A stretch of 33,231 nucleotides of DNA from Candidatus Woesearchaeota archaeon (GTDB lineage Archaea; Nanobdellota; Nanobdellia; SCGC-AAA011-G17; PNOQ01). The position numbers and the translations under genes are program-made. Position 1 is the stretch's first letter; each line of letters starts with the position of its first letter. The notes under the pieces are model-generated. The model saw only the letters and a list, made by a program, of their open reading frames with translations. It was not told the DNA's origin and made no database searches. Shown piece by piece: positions 7,886 through 17,901 of the stretch. The stretch is taken from the NCBI GenBank assembly GCA_964587005.1, contig CAZPJW010000004.1, forward strand, positions 1 to 33,231, written 5' to 3'.

Positions 7886-10800
7886 TTACAATCTCAAGCT
7901 GGTAATCTTGCTAACCCCCTCATTCATTGAAACTCCATAAATTTGATGTGCCTCAGTAATAATAGAATCGTTGTGGCTAATAACAATATACTGAGCATTC
8001 CCAGAATAATTATGTATCAAACTAGATAACTTCTCAGAGTTATGTTTATCTAAAGCGGCATCCACTTCATCTAACAAATAGAAAGAAGCCGGATTATATT
8101 CTTGAATAGCAAAAATAAAAGCCAAAGCAGCCATTGTTTTTTCTCCACCACTTAAACTTCTAATATCTAATTTTTTACTTCCAGAAATTCTAACATTAAT
8201 ATCAACTCCTCCATCCAAAGGTTTTTCCTCATTATCCAAAACTAAAGAAGCCTCTCCTTTTGTAGAGATATTATTAAAAATCTCCTTAAATTTAGCATGT
8301 AAGTGGTTAAATGTTTTCATAAACACACCAGTTTTCTTCTCTTCAATCTCACCAATCAAAACTAAAACATCATCCTTCTCAGATTTTAATTTATTTGTTT
8401 TTCCAAGTAACACTTCATACTGGTTAGCCAATTCATCATAAACTTCTAACGCCCTCATATTTATGTTCCCAATATTATTCATCATCCTATCAAAATCAGA
8501 AATATCTTTCTTCAGAGATTCAATAGAAACTCCTTTTCTTATCTTCCCGCCCCTATACTCTTCAAATTCAACTTCCAAACCTTCAATTTCTCCAATAGCC
8601 TTAGCCAATCTAATAGAAACTTCATTTACTTTAGTTCTAATCAAATTAATTTTCTCCTCTTCCTTACCTATTCCTTCTTCTTTACTTCTCATAACTTCCA
8701 TTAATTTATTTCTCTTGGCAGCCAAAGACTTGTTCTTCCCATAAAATTCTCTTTCCTTTACTTCTTTCTCTTTCAAATTAGATTTTTTACCAGAAACAAC
8801 TTTATTCAGATCTACCATCTCCCTACTAAATTCTTCCTCTTCTTTATTATGTCCAGAAATAATCTCCTTAACCTTACCAATTTCAGAATTATACATATTT
8901 AACTGATTGTTCAGAATACTCAAATCAGAATTGATATTCATAATCTTCTCTTTCAACTTTTCTTTTTTACTTTCTAAAACGCCCAAATTGTCTTTAATCT
9001 CTGGGTTATTAATCAATTTTTCATTAATTTCACTCTTCTCTCTCTTTAATCCAGAAACTTCAAATTCAAATTTAGAATAATCCTTGTTGATAGTCTCAAA
9101 CTCTTTCTCAAATTCTAATTTCTTACTGCTTAATTCTTTTTTCTCTTTAATTATATCTCCAGAAGAACCAATTCCCAGAGATTTTTCAATCTTCACAATA
9201 TCCCCATACAACTCAGCCTTTTTATTCCTCAAAGATTCAATTTCGTGTTCAATTTCACTTCTTCTTTCCATATCTTCCTGTAAAGACTTATTTAACTTGC
9301 TTAATTCCCCTTCTAATAAAGAAACTTTCTCACCAATTTGTTTTTGATTGAACCCAACACCAGTTCTTCCTCTAAAACCACCAATCATCGCTCCAGAAGA
9401 TTCAACTAAATCTCCACCCAGAGTAACCATCCTAATTTTTCCAATTCCAATCTTCCTAGCAGTTTCTATGTCCTCAACAACCAAAGTGTTTCCAAAAACA
9501 TAATCAAACACATTCGAATATTTCTTATCAAAATTAACCAAATCGATAGCCAAACCATAAGCCCCATTTTTCTTTAATAAAGCAGAAACATTTTCTTTCT
9601 TTCGAGCCTTTATTTTATTTAAAGGCAAAAATGTAGCAACACCCAACTTATTATTCTTCAATTCTTTTATACAGTGCCCCGCAACAATATCGTCTTTTGT
9701 AACAACACTCTTAATCCTTCCGCCAGCTGCAACTTCCAAAGCCAAAGAATATTTCTCTTCAACATTTCCTAATTCAGAAACAGTACCAAAAACCCCATTG
9801 AACTTCTTAACCTTGTCAATACTCTTATTATTCAAAATTCCTTCCTTAATACCTACTTCTTTTGCTTTAAATTTACTTAATTCAGATTCTAATGAATTTA
9901 ATTTACTCCATCCTTCTCCAACTCTCCCAGAAAGTATAGAGTCTTCCCCTACAACTTTATTCAATTCTTTTTCAATAACACCATGTTTCTTTCTCAATTC
10001 CATTAAACTCTTAGAATTCTTACTCTCATTTAACCTATCTAGCTCTTTTTTTATACCATCTAATCTAAAATTAACCCTATCTAACTCTCTCACTAAATCC
10101 TGCTTAGCCTCGCCAGCACCATTAAGAAGCTTCTCTTTTTCTTCAATCTTTTTATCCAATTCAGATAATTTAACATTAATATCTCCCAAATTTTCAATAC
10201 CATATTTTTTTCTAAAACCAACCAATTTATTGTCAATATCTTTATCCTCCTCTTTAATCAGATTTATTTTTTTATTTAACCCAGCTTTCTCTTTATTCAA
10301 AGAAACAATTCTCTTTTCATTTTCAGAAATATCCCCCAATAATTGTTTTTTTCTATTCTTTATCTTCAACAATTCACTTTTAACAGTCTCAACTCTTGCC
10401 TCATGTTTGTACACTCCAGATTTCAAAGAACCAATCTCCATCTGAAGTAATTTTAATTCGCCTTCACCTTTCTGATCTAACTGATAATTAATTTCCTGAA
10501 TCTCATTTTGTTTTTCAGTTATAGAATTCCTAACATTCTTTATTTTATCTTGAATAACATCAATTTTTCCATTATGCTCATCTTGAATTTTTTGTATCTT
10601 ATCTCTTCTTTCTCTTCTCTCTTTCAATAGCAAATGAAGATAAGTAGCCTTAGAATCTTTAAACTTATTTTTCAAGTCAACATATTTTTTTGCTTGGTCT
10701 CTATCTTTCTTTAATTCTCTTAAATTAGCTTCCCTTTCAACTAACAAAACATTCGCTTCTGTTAACTTGCCCTCAACTTTCTCTAATTCCCTTAAAGATT

Positions 10801-11329
10801 TATTCTTTTTATCATCAAAAATAGAAATTCCAGAAATATCCGAAATCAATTCTCTTCTATCATTTGGTTTCATCTCCATAAAATGAACAATATCTCCCTG
10901 TAAAACAATATTATGCCCATCTGGGTCTATTCCAACTTTCCCAAGCAAATCAACAACTTGCTGCCTAGTATGTGTTTTATCATTAACTAAATATTTTGAT
11001 ACTCCTTTCTGATTCAAAACTCTAGAAACCTTTATTTCAGAACTGTTTAAAGGAAATTCATTCTTAGAATTATCAAAATAGATGTGTACTTCTGCTTTCT
11101 TAGAGGGTTGTCCTTTCTTTCCACCATTATAAATCAAATTAGCAGATTTTTCTGCCCTTAAACCCTTAGCAGAACTCTTACCCAAAACAAAACACAAAGC
11201 GTCCATAACATTGCTTTTTCCAGACCCATTGGGGCCCAAAATACAATTAAAATTATTTCCAAATAACAAATCGGTTTTCTTCGCAAAGGACTTAAAACCA
11301 GATGCTGATAGTTTAGTTATTACCGTCAT
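7886..11329 (-). CDS. smc: chromosome segregation protein SMC
   Basis: Walker A GPNGSGKSN, long coiled coils, hinge (GVFGTVSELG...GRIRMVTLGGD-like), signature LSGGEK, Walker B/D-loop LLDEVDAALD. Confidence 0.97.
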   Translation of the reverse strand: MTVITKLSASGFKSFAKKTDLLFGNNFNCILGPNGSGKSNVMDALCFVLGKSSAKGLRAEKSANLIYNGGKKGQPSKKAEVHIYFDNSKNEFPLNSSEIKVSRVLNQKGVSKYLVNDKTHTRQQVVDLLGKVGIDPDGHNIVLQGDIVHFMEMKPNDRRELISDISGISIFDDKKNKSLRELEKVEGKLTEANVLLVEREANLRELKKDRDQAKKYVDLKNKFKDSKATYLHLLLKERRERRDKIQKIQDEHNGKIDVIQDKIKNVRNSITEKQNEIQEINYQLDQKGEGELKLLQMEIGSLKSGVYKHEARVETVKSELLKIKNRKKQLLGDISENEKRIVSLNKEKAGLNKKINLIKEEDKDIDNKLVGFRKKYGIENLGDINVKLSELDKKIEEKEKLLNGAGEAKQDLVRELDRVNFRLDGIKKELDRLNESKNSKSLMELRKKHGVIEKELNKVVGEDSILSGRVGEGWSKLNSLESELSKFKAKEVGIKEGILNNKSIDKVKKFNGVFGTVSELGNVEEKYSLALEVAAGGRIKSVVTKDDIVAGHCIKELKNNKLGVATFLPLNKIKARKKENVSALLKKNGAYGLAIDLVNFDKKYSNVFDYVFGNTLVVEDIETARKIGIGKIRMVTLGGDLVESSGAMIGGFRGRTGVGFNQKQIGEKVSLLEGELSKLNKSLQEDMERRSEIEHEIESLRNKKAELYGDIVKIEKSLGIGSSGDIIKEKKELSSKKLEFEKEFETINKDYSKFEFEVSGLKREKSEINEKLINNPEIKDNLGVLESKKEKLKEKIMNINSDLSILNNQLNMYNSEIGKVKEIISGHNKEEEEFSREMVDLNKVVSGKKSNLKEKEVKEREFYGKNKSLAAKRNKLMEVMRSKEEGIGKEEEKINLIRTKVNEVSIRLAKAIGEIEGLEVEFEEYRGGKIRKGVSIESLKKDISDFDRMMNNIGNINMRALEVYDELANQYEVLLGKTNKLKSEKDDVLVLIGEIEEKKTGVFMKTFNHLHAKFKEIFNNISTKGEASLVLDNEEKPLDGGVDINVRISGSKKLDIRSLSGGEKTMAALAFIFAIQEYNPASFYLLDEVDAALDKHNSEKLSSLIHNYSGNAQYIVISHNDSIITEAHQIYGVSMNEGVSKITSLRL

Positions 11330-11482
11330 TATATTTCCTCTTTTTACTCTGTTTAAATAACTTTTGTAGCCACTTTTGCTTTTTAAAGTTTATCCTGGCC
11401 CGATTCAAAATGAATATATAGTGATTAATTAGTAATACCAAATAGTTAGATTTATAAATACCTCAATTCACCAGTTTTTATT

Positions 11483-11698
11483 ATGGTTAAAAAAATACAT
11501 ACTAGGGCCAAAAAGAAATTAGGACTAGGTACACATCTACCGCATAGAGCCAGACTTAAAAATATAACAAAGAAAAAAGGTCCAAAAACTTTCAAAACAG
11601 AAGCAGCAGCAAAAACTTATGCAACAAAAGAAGGAATAAAAAACTTCGAATTAAAAAAAGTAAAAAAGGACAAAAAGTTCCAAATAATTAAAAAATAA
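11483..11698 (+). CDS. small very basic protein (22 Lys in 71 aa), function unknown
   Basis: Clean ORF divergent from smc, preceded by TTTATAAATA; stop abuts the next convergent gene. Confidence 0.7.
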   Translation: MVKKIHTRAKKKLGLGTHLPHRARLKNITKKKGPKTFKTEAAAKTYATKEGIKNFELKKVKKDKKFQIIKK

Positions 11699-13036
11699 TC
11701 ACTTTTTCTTTAAAATTCCTTCAGCAGCCATAATACCAGTTACGGCAGCACCAACTATTCCCCTAGACTTACCACAGCCATCACCGGCGACAAAAAGATC
11801 TTCAATATTTGTTTCAAGATTCTCATTAGTAATATAATCCGTATCATAAAATTTTATTTCAGGAATATACAACAAATTCTCAGGAGACATAAATCCTGGA
11901 AAGATTTGGTTCATAACCTCTAAAAACTCCCGAATATTATCAATAACTCTTGCCCTGTAAACATGAGTTATATCCCCGGGATAAGCCTGCTTAGGAATAC
12001 TCAAAGTTGATTTTAATCTAGAATAAATACTTTTATCAAAAGTTTCCACTTTAGATCTTCTGCCACGCATAAAATCCCCAACTCTTTGAACAATAGGAAC
12101 ACCATTTCCTGCCCTCAGCGTTTCCAAAGCAATATTCCTACCCAATTCAGTAGTATCAACACTAGGATTAGTCAAACTAACTGTACACAAAATAGCAATA
12201 TTTGTATTATCAGTTTTATTATCTTTTAAACCATCCCCATTAACTAATTGTAATTCAGAACCATCACTAACAAACTTTTCAACTCTTATCCTTCCGCCCT
12301 TATTTGTACAAAAAGTCCTAACTTCATCACCATGACAATGCGTAACATATCTAAATTTTGGATCGTATATAATATCTGTAATCTCATCATAAACTCCATT
12401 GGGCATTTCAATCCTACATCCAACATCAATTGAGCCAAAAACATTTTTTACTCCTAATTTTTTTGACTGTTCTCTAAACCAATACGCTCCGGCCCTGCCA
12501 GGACAAGATAATAACGTTTTAGATTTAAATTTGCCTTTATCGGTTTTTAATTCAAAATTACTTTCTTTAGTCATTTTATGCAAAATCTCTTCAACTTCAG
12601 TATTCAGATAAAATTCCACCCCTTCCTCAATTAAATGACTTCTAAATTTTTCAATAACCTCTTTTGCTCTATCCGTACCAATATGTCTTTGTAACGAAGG
12701 AACTAGCCTAACTTTATGTTTTAATGCTTTTTTAACCCAATGTTTAACAGATTCACGATCACTTCCATAGACTTTCTTATCCGCACCAAGTCTCAAAAAC
12801 ATTTCATCAATATATTTCAGATATTCTCTAGCCTTTTCTTCACTTAGTTTTAACTTATCTAACTCCATACCAATCTTTGTACTCAGATTTAACTTACCAT
12901 CATTAAATAATCCACCAGAACAAAATGAAGTTTTCTCAATTATACAACACTTCATACCTCCTCTAGAAAGTCTATCTGCAGCAAACAAACCAGCAGGACC
13001 ACTACCTATAATGCAAACATCATATATCCTTTCCAA
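11699..13036 (-). CDS. NAD(P)/FAD-dependent oxidoreductase (COG2509-like)
   Basis: IIGSGPAG Rossmann motif, DGKL, RHIGTD, VRTFCTN, PEIKFY, FVAGDG..SRGIVGAAVTG; TTG start. Confidence 0.85.
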   Translation of the reverse strand: MERIYDVCIIGSGPAGLFAADRLSRGGMKCCIIEKTSFCSGGLFNDGKLNLSTKIGMELDKLKLSEEKAREYLKYIDEMFLRLGADKKVYGSDRESVKHWVKKALKHKVRLVPSLQRHIGTDRAKEVIEKFRSHLIEEGVEFYLNTEVEEILHKMTKESNFELKTDKGKFKSKTLLSCPGRAGAYWFREQSKKLGVKNVFGSIDVGCRIEMPNGVYDEITDIIYDPKFRYVTHCHGDEVRTFCTNKGGRIRVEKFVSDGSELQLVNGDGLKDNKTDNTNIAILCTVSLTNPSVDTTELGRNIALETLRAGNGVPIVQRVGDFMRGRRSKVETFDKSIYSRLKSTLSIPKQAYPGDITHVYRARVIDNIREFLEVMNQIFPGFMSPENLLYIPEIKFYDTDYITNENLETNIEDLFVAGDGCGKSRGIVGAAVTGIMAAEGILKKK

Positions 13037-13087
13037 TGGAGATTTGGAAAGAGTATTTGTTTAATAAACTTTATTGTAATAAATCAA

Positions 13088-13741
13088 CTAAGAAAAATTG
13101 TTCAATCCTTTTTGTTCTTTTTCTTTTTTTAAATTTTGAAATGTTTTCCAACTCTTTCTGAATATTTCTGGGTGTTTTTCAAAGTTTTTCTTAATAAAAT
13201 TTTTAGTTATTTGGTCTGAAGGATAACCACTTCCTAACTCACCATATTTTTTCTTTAATTTCTCTATCTCACCATCCCTAGTAACTTTTGCTAAAACAGA
13301 TGCCGCACCAACAACCGGATATTTATAATCTGCCTTATGTTCAGCAACAATTTTCACTTTTTTATGTTTTAAGAATAATTTAACAGAATCAACATATTTT
13401 TCAATATTTGTTCCAGGGCAATCAAGAATTACTTTATCGGGCTTTAACTTATTTATTATCATGGCAGATTTTAATGCTTCCAACTTATTCAAATTCATAT
13501 CCTTAGAAAATAAAGTATCATCTATTTCTCTTGGACTCGAAGATAATATCTCATACCCCCTGGCCATTTTTTTTATTTCTCCAAAAAGGAAATTTCTTTT
13601 ATTTGGTAATATTAACTTAGAATCTTTTACACCCATTTCTTTTAATTTTGCTTCATCCTTCTCATTAATTAGAACTCCCGCCATAACCATTGGTCCAATA
13701 ACCGGCCCACGACCAGCTTCATCTATACCCAATAATTTCAT
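13088..13741 (-). CDS. rnhB: ribonuclease HII
   Basis: GIDEAGRGPVIGP, DSK, EHKAD, AASVLAKVTRD, GSGYPSD. Confidence 0.97.
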   Translation of the reverse strand: MKLLGIDEAGRGPVIGPMVMAGVLINEKDEAKLKEMGVKDSKLILPNKRNFLFGEIKKMARGYEILSSSPREIDDTLFSKDMNLNKLEALKSAMIINKLKPDKVILDCPGTNIEKYVDSVKLFLKHKKVKIVAEHKADYKYPVVGAASVLAKVTRDGEIEKLKKKYGELGSGYPSDQITKNFIKKNFEKHPEIFRKSWKTFQNLKKEKEQKGLNNFS

Positions 13742-13776
13742 AAGAATTAACTAAAGAACTTAATTTTTAAGGGTTT

Positions 13777-14115
13777 CTAATCTAAACTCTCTAAAGCTTC
13801 CTCTAAACTACCAAAGCTGCTTATGATATTGCTAATTTTGGTTACACTCAATTTCTTTTCTATTCTATCAGAAACATTACACAAAACTAATTTTGACTTC
13901 TCTCTACCCAACACATCATATGAGCCAGTAATAAATCCTAGCCCGTTAGTATTCATCCAAGGCACTTCTGCTAGATCTAAAACTACTCCCTTCCCATAAC
14001 TCTCCCTAATTAAATCATAATATTCCTTGCTTGGTTCCTCTACAAGCCTGCCTGTGAGCCTTACAATTATGACCCCCGGATGGTCTTTGGCCTTCACTAA
14101 TTCATAATTTTCCAT
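13777..14115 (-). CDS. STAS-domain (anti-sigma-factor antagonist-like) protein, 112 aa
   Basis: VVLDLAEVPWMNTNGLGFI, LVLCNVSDRIEKKLSVTKI and SLEEAL follow the SpoIIAA/RsbV pattern. Start moved to 14115 because the longer ORF runs through the tRNA. Confidence 0.8.
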   Translation of the reverse strand: MENYELVKAKDHPGVIIVRLTGRLVEEPSKEYYDLIRESYGKGVVLDLAEVPWMNTNGLGFITGSYDVLGREKSKLVLCNVSDRIEKKLSVTKISNIISSFGSLEEALESLD

Positions 14116-14166
14116 AATATATATAGTAGACAATATACTTAAAAAATTAACGATTTTCAGAAAGAA

Positions 14167-14241
14167 TAGCGGGAGACGGATTTGAACCGACGACCTCCGG
14201 GTTATGAGCCCGACGAGCACTCCAGACTGCTCCATCCCGCT
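14167..14241 (-). tRNA. initiator tRNA-Met (CAU), 75 nt, no intron, CCA not encoded
   Basis: Reverse complement AGCGGGATGGAGCAGTCTGGAGTGCTCGTCGGGCTCATAACCCGGAGGTCGTCGGTTCAAATCCGTCTCCCGCTA folds as a cloverleaf with A1:U72, three G:C pairs in the anticodon stem and a TTCAAAT T-loop. Confidence 0.96.
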
Positions 14242-14321
14242 GTAATATAAAAACAACTACAACCCATTTTTAAACCTTTCTAATCCAAAAACAATATAAA
14301 CCACAATTTTCAATTTTAAAC

Positions 14322-15278
14322 ATGTTTGAATATATTCTTCTCATTGTCGGGATATTTCTTCTAGTACGTGGTGCAGATTATTTGATTAATGGGTCGTCCG
14401 ACTTAGGAAAAAGACTTGGAGTAAAACCCTTAGTAATTGGACTAACAATCTTAGCTTTTGGAACGTCTCTACCAGAACTTGCAATCAACATATTTTCCGC
14501 TATTGAGGGAACAACAGACATAAACTTAGGAAATGTAATTGGATCAAATATAGCAAATATACTATTAATTCTCGGGGTATCCTCCCTATTAATAACAATT
14601 AAAGTAAAATATCATGTAGTAAGAAAACTAATTCCTTTCACACTATTCTCAACAATATTATTGTTCTTAGTTTTAAATGACACATTCTTTAATGGACCAA
14701 ATTTACTAACAAGAGTAGATGGAATAGCCCTACTCTTATTCTTTGGAGTATTTTTACATTTTACAATATCACAAGGAAAAAAAGACAAAAAAGCAAAACC
14801 AAAAGAAATAGAAATTCACAAACATCCCGCATATATCACTCTAACAATGATTCTTGGAGGAATTCTCGGTTTATTCATTGGCGGAAAATTAATAATAGAA
14901 TCAGCAACAACAATAGCAACCTCTTTGCATCTTTCAGAATTTTTCGTTTCTGCAACAATTTTAGCTATAGGAACCTCTCTTCCTGAATTAATTGTTTCAG
15001 TTAGAGCCGCACTAAAGAAAAAACTTGATTTTGTAGTAGGAAATATTGTTGGTTCAAATGTATTTAACACTCTTTTTGTAATGGGCACAGCAGCACAAAT
15101 AAATCCAATTCCCTTTAGTCTTGCATATAACTTTGATATGATATTCTTAATAGCAATAACACTAATGTTATTAACTTTCATGTACACCGGAAAGAAATAT
15201 CAATTAGAACGTTGGAACTCTCTATTATTTTTAATTTTATATGCATTCTATATAATTTACATATTCACAAGAGGATAA
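14322..15278 (+). CDS. calcium/sodium antiporter (CaCA family, YrbG-like)
   Basis: Two alpha repeats: AFGTSLPEL...GNVIGSN and AIGTSLPEL...GNIVGSN; multiple TM segments. Confidence 0.95.
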   Translation: MFEYILLIVGIFLLVRGADYLINGSSDLGKRLGVKPLVIGLTILAFGTSLPELAINIFSAIEGTTDINLGNVIGSNIANILLILGVSSLLITIKVKYHVVRKLIPFTLFSTILLFLVLNDTFFNGPNLLTRVDGIALLLFFGVFLHFTISQGKKDKKAKPKEIEIHKHPAYITLTMILGGILGLFIGGKLIIESATTIATSLHLSEFFVSATILAIGTSLPELIVSVRAALKKKLDFVVGNIVGSNVFNTLFVMGTAAQINPIPFSLAYNFDMIFLIAITLMLLTFMYTGKKYQLERWNSLLFLILYAFYIIYIFTRG

Positions 15279-17177
15279 TTACTTAATCCTAACGACCTCT
15301 AAATTCTTAGGTACATAAGTCTCAATTCTAAATTGTTTATGCATAGAACTAGCAAAATCTAAAGACTTACTTCTCTCACCATGTACAACTAAAACTTTCT
15401 TAGGTCTAGGATTCAAACGATGCATGAAATTCATAAATTGATTTCTATCACTATGTCCTGTAAAACCATGCATAGAATGAACATCTAATTTAACGTGCGT
15501 AGGAATTTGTTTATTTCCAGCAGGAAACATAATCTCTTTCTCGCCTTGCTGTAATCTCCTACCTAAAGAACCCTCCCCCTGATAACAGGTCAATACTAAA
15601 GCATTCTTCGGATCTTCTGCCAAATTCTTAAAGTATTCAACACTAGCACCACCAGTCATCATACCAGAAGTTGCCAAAATAACACACGGACCACCCTCAA
15701 TAACTTCCTTCATTTCCTTTTGGCTACCCACATGTTTAAAAATTGAAGCCAAAAACGGATTCTCATTCTTATGGAAAATCATTTGTCTAGTTTTACTATT
15801 AAAAAAATCAGGATAAGCAGTATGTATCGCTGTAACGTCCCAAACCATACCTTGAACATAAACAGGAATTTCTGGAATCTCTCCATCACGAACAGCTTTC
15901 TCTAAAATCATCATAATTTCTTGACTTCTTCCAACTCCTAATACTGGCATAAGTACTTTTCCTTTCTTACTAATAGTATTCTTAATAACATTCTTCAAAT
16001 ATTCCTCAGATTCTCTTCTCGTAGCAACCACGTCATCCTTGCCACCATAAGTACTTTCAATAACCATAGTTTCTAATCTAGGAAATTTAGTAACAGCCGG
16101 ACTCAGTAAGTTAGAGGTCTCAAAATTCATATCTCCAGTAAACATCAAATTATGCAATCCATCAGCAATATGCAAGTGTGCCATGGCACTTCCTAAAATA
16201 TGGCCGGCATCATAAAAAGTTAACCGCACATCCGGAGTAATATCAGTAACTTCTTCATAATTCAAAGTAATTGTATGTTTTACAAACTCTCTAACATCTG
16301 CAGTCTCATACAATGCTTTCTTATTATCCATCTGCGCGATTCCAATGAAATCTAAACACAACATAGCAGAAACATCTCTAGATGGAGCAGTACAATACAC
16401 GGGACCACGGTATCCATATTTATACAATAAAGGAATTAAAGCCGCATGATCGACATGAGAGTGTGTTAAAATAACCGCATCCAATTCTTCAATTTTAAAT
16501 TCAGGAGTATGTAAATAAGGATACGCATTATCTTCTTGAGCAGCAACATTTACACCACAGTCAACCAAAATATTGGACTCTTCTGTTTGCAATAAATAAG
16601 AACTTCTACCAACTTGGCTAGCTCCACCTAAAAAAGAGATTCTAATCCATTCAGTTTTCTTATCTTTTCTCCTATTACCATATATCCTTTCACCAACTTT
16701 ATTCAAAAAAACTCTTCTGTAATCATCATTTGCATAAAGAACCTGTCTAATATTCTTGATTATCTTAGATTCAATAGATGGAATTCTCTGAACTAAAGGA
16801 ACCCAAAAAGTTTTCTTTTTAATTAATTTAAGATTCTCTCCAGATTTACCTATTGCAACTCCAGGTTTTTCTGCCTCAATCACAACTTGACTTCTTTGGG
16901 GATCAAAATTCAATTCAACTTTGCCGGCCTCTTCCGGCAGAATCTTCTTTATTTCTTTTTCAGCCTTTTCAATATCAATACATATGCTTGGATCTGGCCT
17001 TAATTCAACTCGTTTCTTAATCTTGCTTACAATCTCTCTAATTACTCCATTACAATCTAAGAAAAACTCTTTATTACCAGTATAAACAACTATATTTGCC
17101 CCCTCAAAACTAATACTAGAAACTTTAGCATCGCTGGGCAATAATTCCTTTATTTCTTCAACTATTTTTAATACCAT
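15279..17177 (-). CDS. fttA: aCPSF1/FttA beta-CASP ribonuclease with N-terminal KH domains
   Basis: KH region (EAEKPGVAIGKSG), LGGASQVGRS, THSHVDH, AGHILGS, ESTYG, GFTGHSDR, HGE; conserved position after psmB. Confidence 0.97.
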   Translation of the reverse strand: MVLKIVEEIKELLPSDAKVSSISFEGANIVVYTGNKEFFLDCNGVIREIVSKIKKRVELRPDPSICIDIEKAEKEIKKILPEEAGKVELNFDPQRSQVVIEAEKPGVAIGKSGENLKLIKKKTFWVPLVQRIPSIESKIIKNIRQVLYANDDYRRVFLNKVGERIYGNRRKDKKTEWIRISFLGGASQVGRSSYLLQTEESNILVDCGVNVAAQEDNAYPYLHTPEFKIEELDAVILTHSHVDHAALIPLLYKYGYRGPVYCTAPSRDVSAMLCLDFIGIAQMDNKKALYETADVREFVKHTITLNYEEVTDITPDVRLTFYDAGHILGSAMAHLHIADGLHNLMFTGDMNFETSNLLSPAVTKFPRLETMVIESTYGGKDDVVATRRESEEYLKNVIKNTISKKGKVLMPVLGVGRSQEIMMILEKAVRDGEIPEIPVYVQGMVWDVTAIHTAYPDFFNSKTRQMIFHKNENPFLASIFKHVGSQKEMKEVIEGGPCVILATSGMMTGGASVEYFKNLAEDPKNALVLTCYQGEGSLGRRLQQGEKEIMFPAGNKQIPTHVKLDVHSMHGFTGHSDRNQFMNFMHRLNPRPKKVLVVHGERSKSLDFASSMHKQFRIETYVPKNLEVVRIK

Positions 17178-17199
17178 TCTTTAAATTATAGAAAAATTA

Positions 17200-17841
17200 T
17201 TATCTAAGTTCCGAGACAACTTTCTTACCTACTACTTTTTTTGCACCCTCAGCATTTATAACATATACATCAAGACCCTCACCAGTTGCCATATCTCTTT
17301 GCATTGCTGCATTAATAGCTTTCGTAGCAACCTCAATTCCATCCTTAACCAAAATTCCTTCTTGGTATGTGCTTTCCAAAACACCATACGCCATCATAGA
17401 CCCGGATCCAGTAGAACAAAACTTACTGATATGGCTTAAAGAACCATCAACACCCAATTCATAAAGACCATATCCATGTCTATCTTTTCCAGCCAGTAAG
17501 AAACTTACAATACCTGGAACCGTTGAGAATTTCCTTATATTTTGATACAAAATTCCTGCAACCATATTTGCAGCTTCTTTAACACTAGCATTTTTTTGGT
17601 TTCTAATCCTCTTTAATCTTAATTCTGCTCTAGCTAATTTAACTATTAACTGAGCATCACTAACTAATCCAGCCATTGTAACTGCAATATCCTCAGTAAT
17701 CTTATGTATTTTATTAACATCTTTGTTAGCAATCATATAGCCCGCACTAGCTCTTTTATCAGCAGCAAGGACAATTCCATCTTTACAAACTATACCGACG
17801 GTAGTAGTTCCTTTTTGTACTTTATCAGATATCTGTTCCAT
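17200..17841 (-). CDS. psmB: proteasome beta subunit
   Basis: 11-aa propeptide then G|TTTVG, AADKRAS, GLVSDAQ, TGSGS, RDMATG. Confidence 0.97.
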   Translation of the reverse strand: MEQISDKVQKGTTTVGIVCKDGIVLAADKRASAGYMIANKDVNKIHKITEDIAVTMAGLVSDAQLIVKLARAELRLKRIRNQKNASVKEAANMVAGILYQNIRKFSTVPGIVSFLLAGKDRHGYGLYELGVDGSLSHISKFCSTGSGSMMAYGVLESTYQEGILVKDGIEVATKAINAAMQRDMATGEGLDVYVINAEGAKKVVGKKVVSELR

Positions 17842-17886
17842 TTTCTTAACCTTTCAGAATCAGTATGACTCTATAATTAATCTCTC

Positions 17887-17901
17887 ATTTATAAGTTTTT
17901 T
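17887..17901 (-). promoter_or_regulatory. BRE/TATA-like promoter of the psmB-fttA operon
   Basis: Minus strand AAAAAACTTATAAAT about 46 nt upstream of the psmB ATG, directly beside the left TSD. Confidence 0.55.

Noticed and set aside
8463-10445. Plus-strand ORFs 8463-8744, 9084-9347 and 9798-10445 inside smc
   Set aside because: Ser/Leu/Phe-rich antisense shadows of a Lys/Glu-rich coiled-coil gene.
13742-14180. tRNA-anchored integrative element (attL/attR)
   Set aside because: No integrase, and no second copy of the tRNA 3' end was seen by eye in the window.
14116-14256. 47-aa N-terminal extension of the STAS ORF in the track
   Set aside because: It is a read-through of the tRNA-Met gene on the same strand; the plausible start is ATG 14115.
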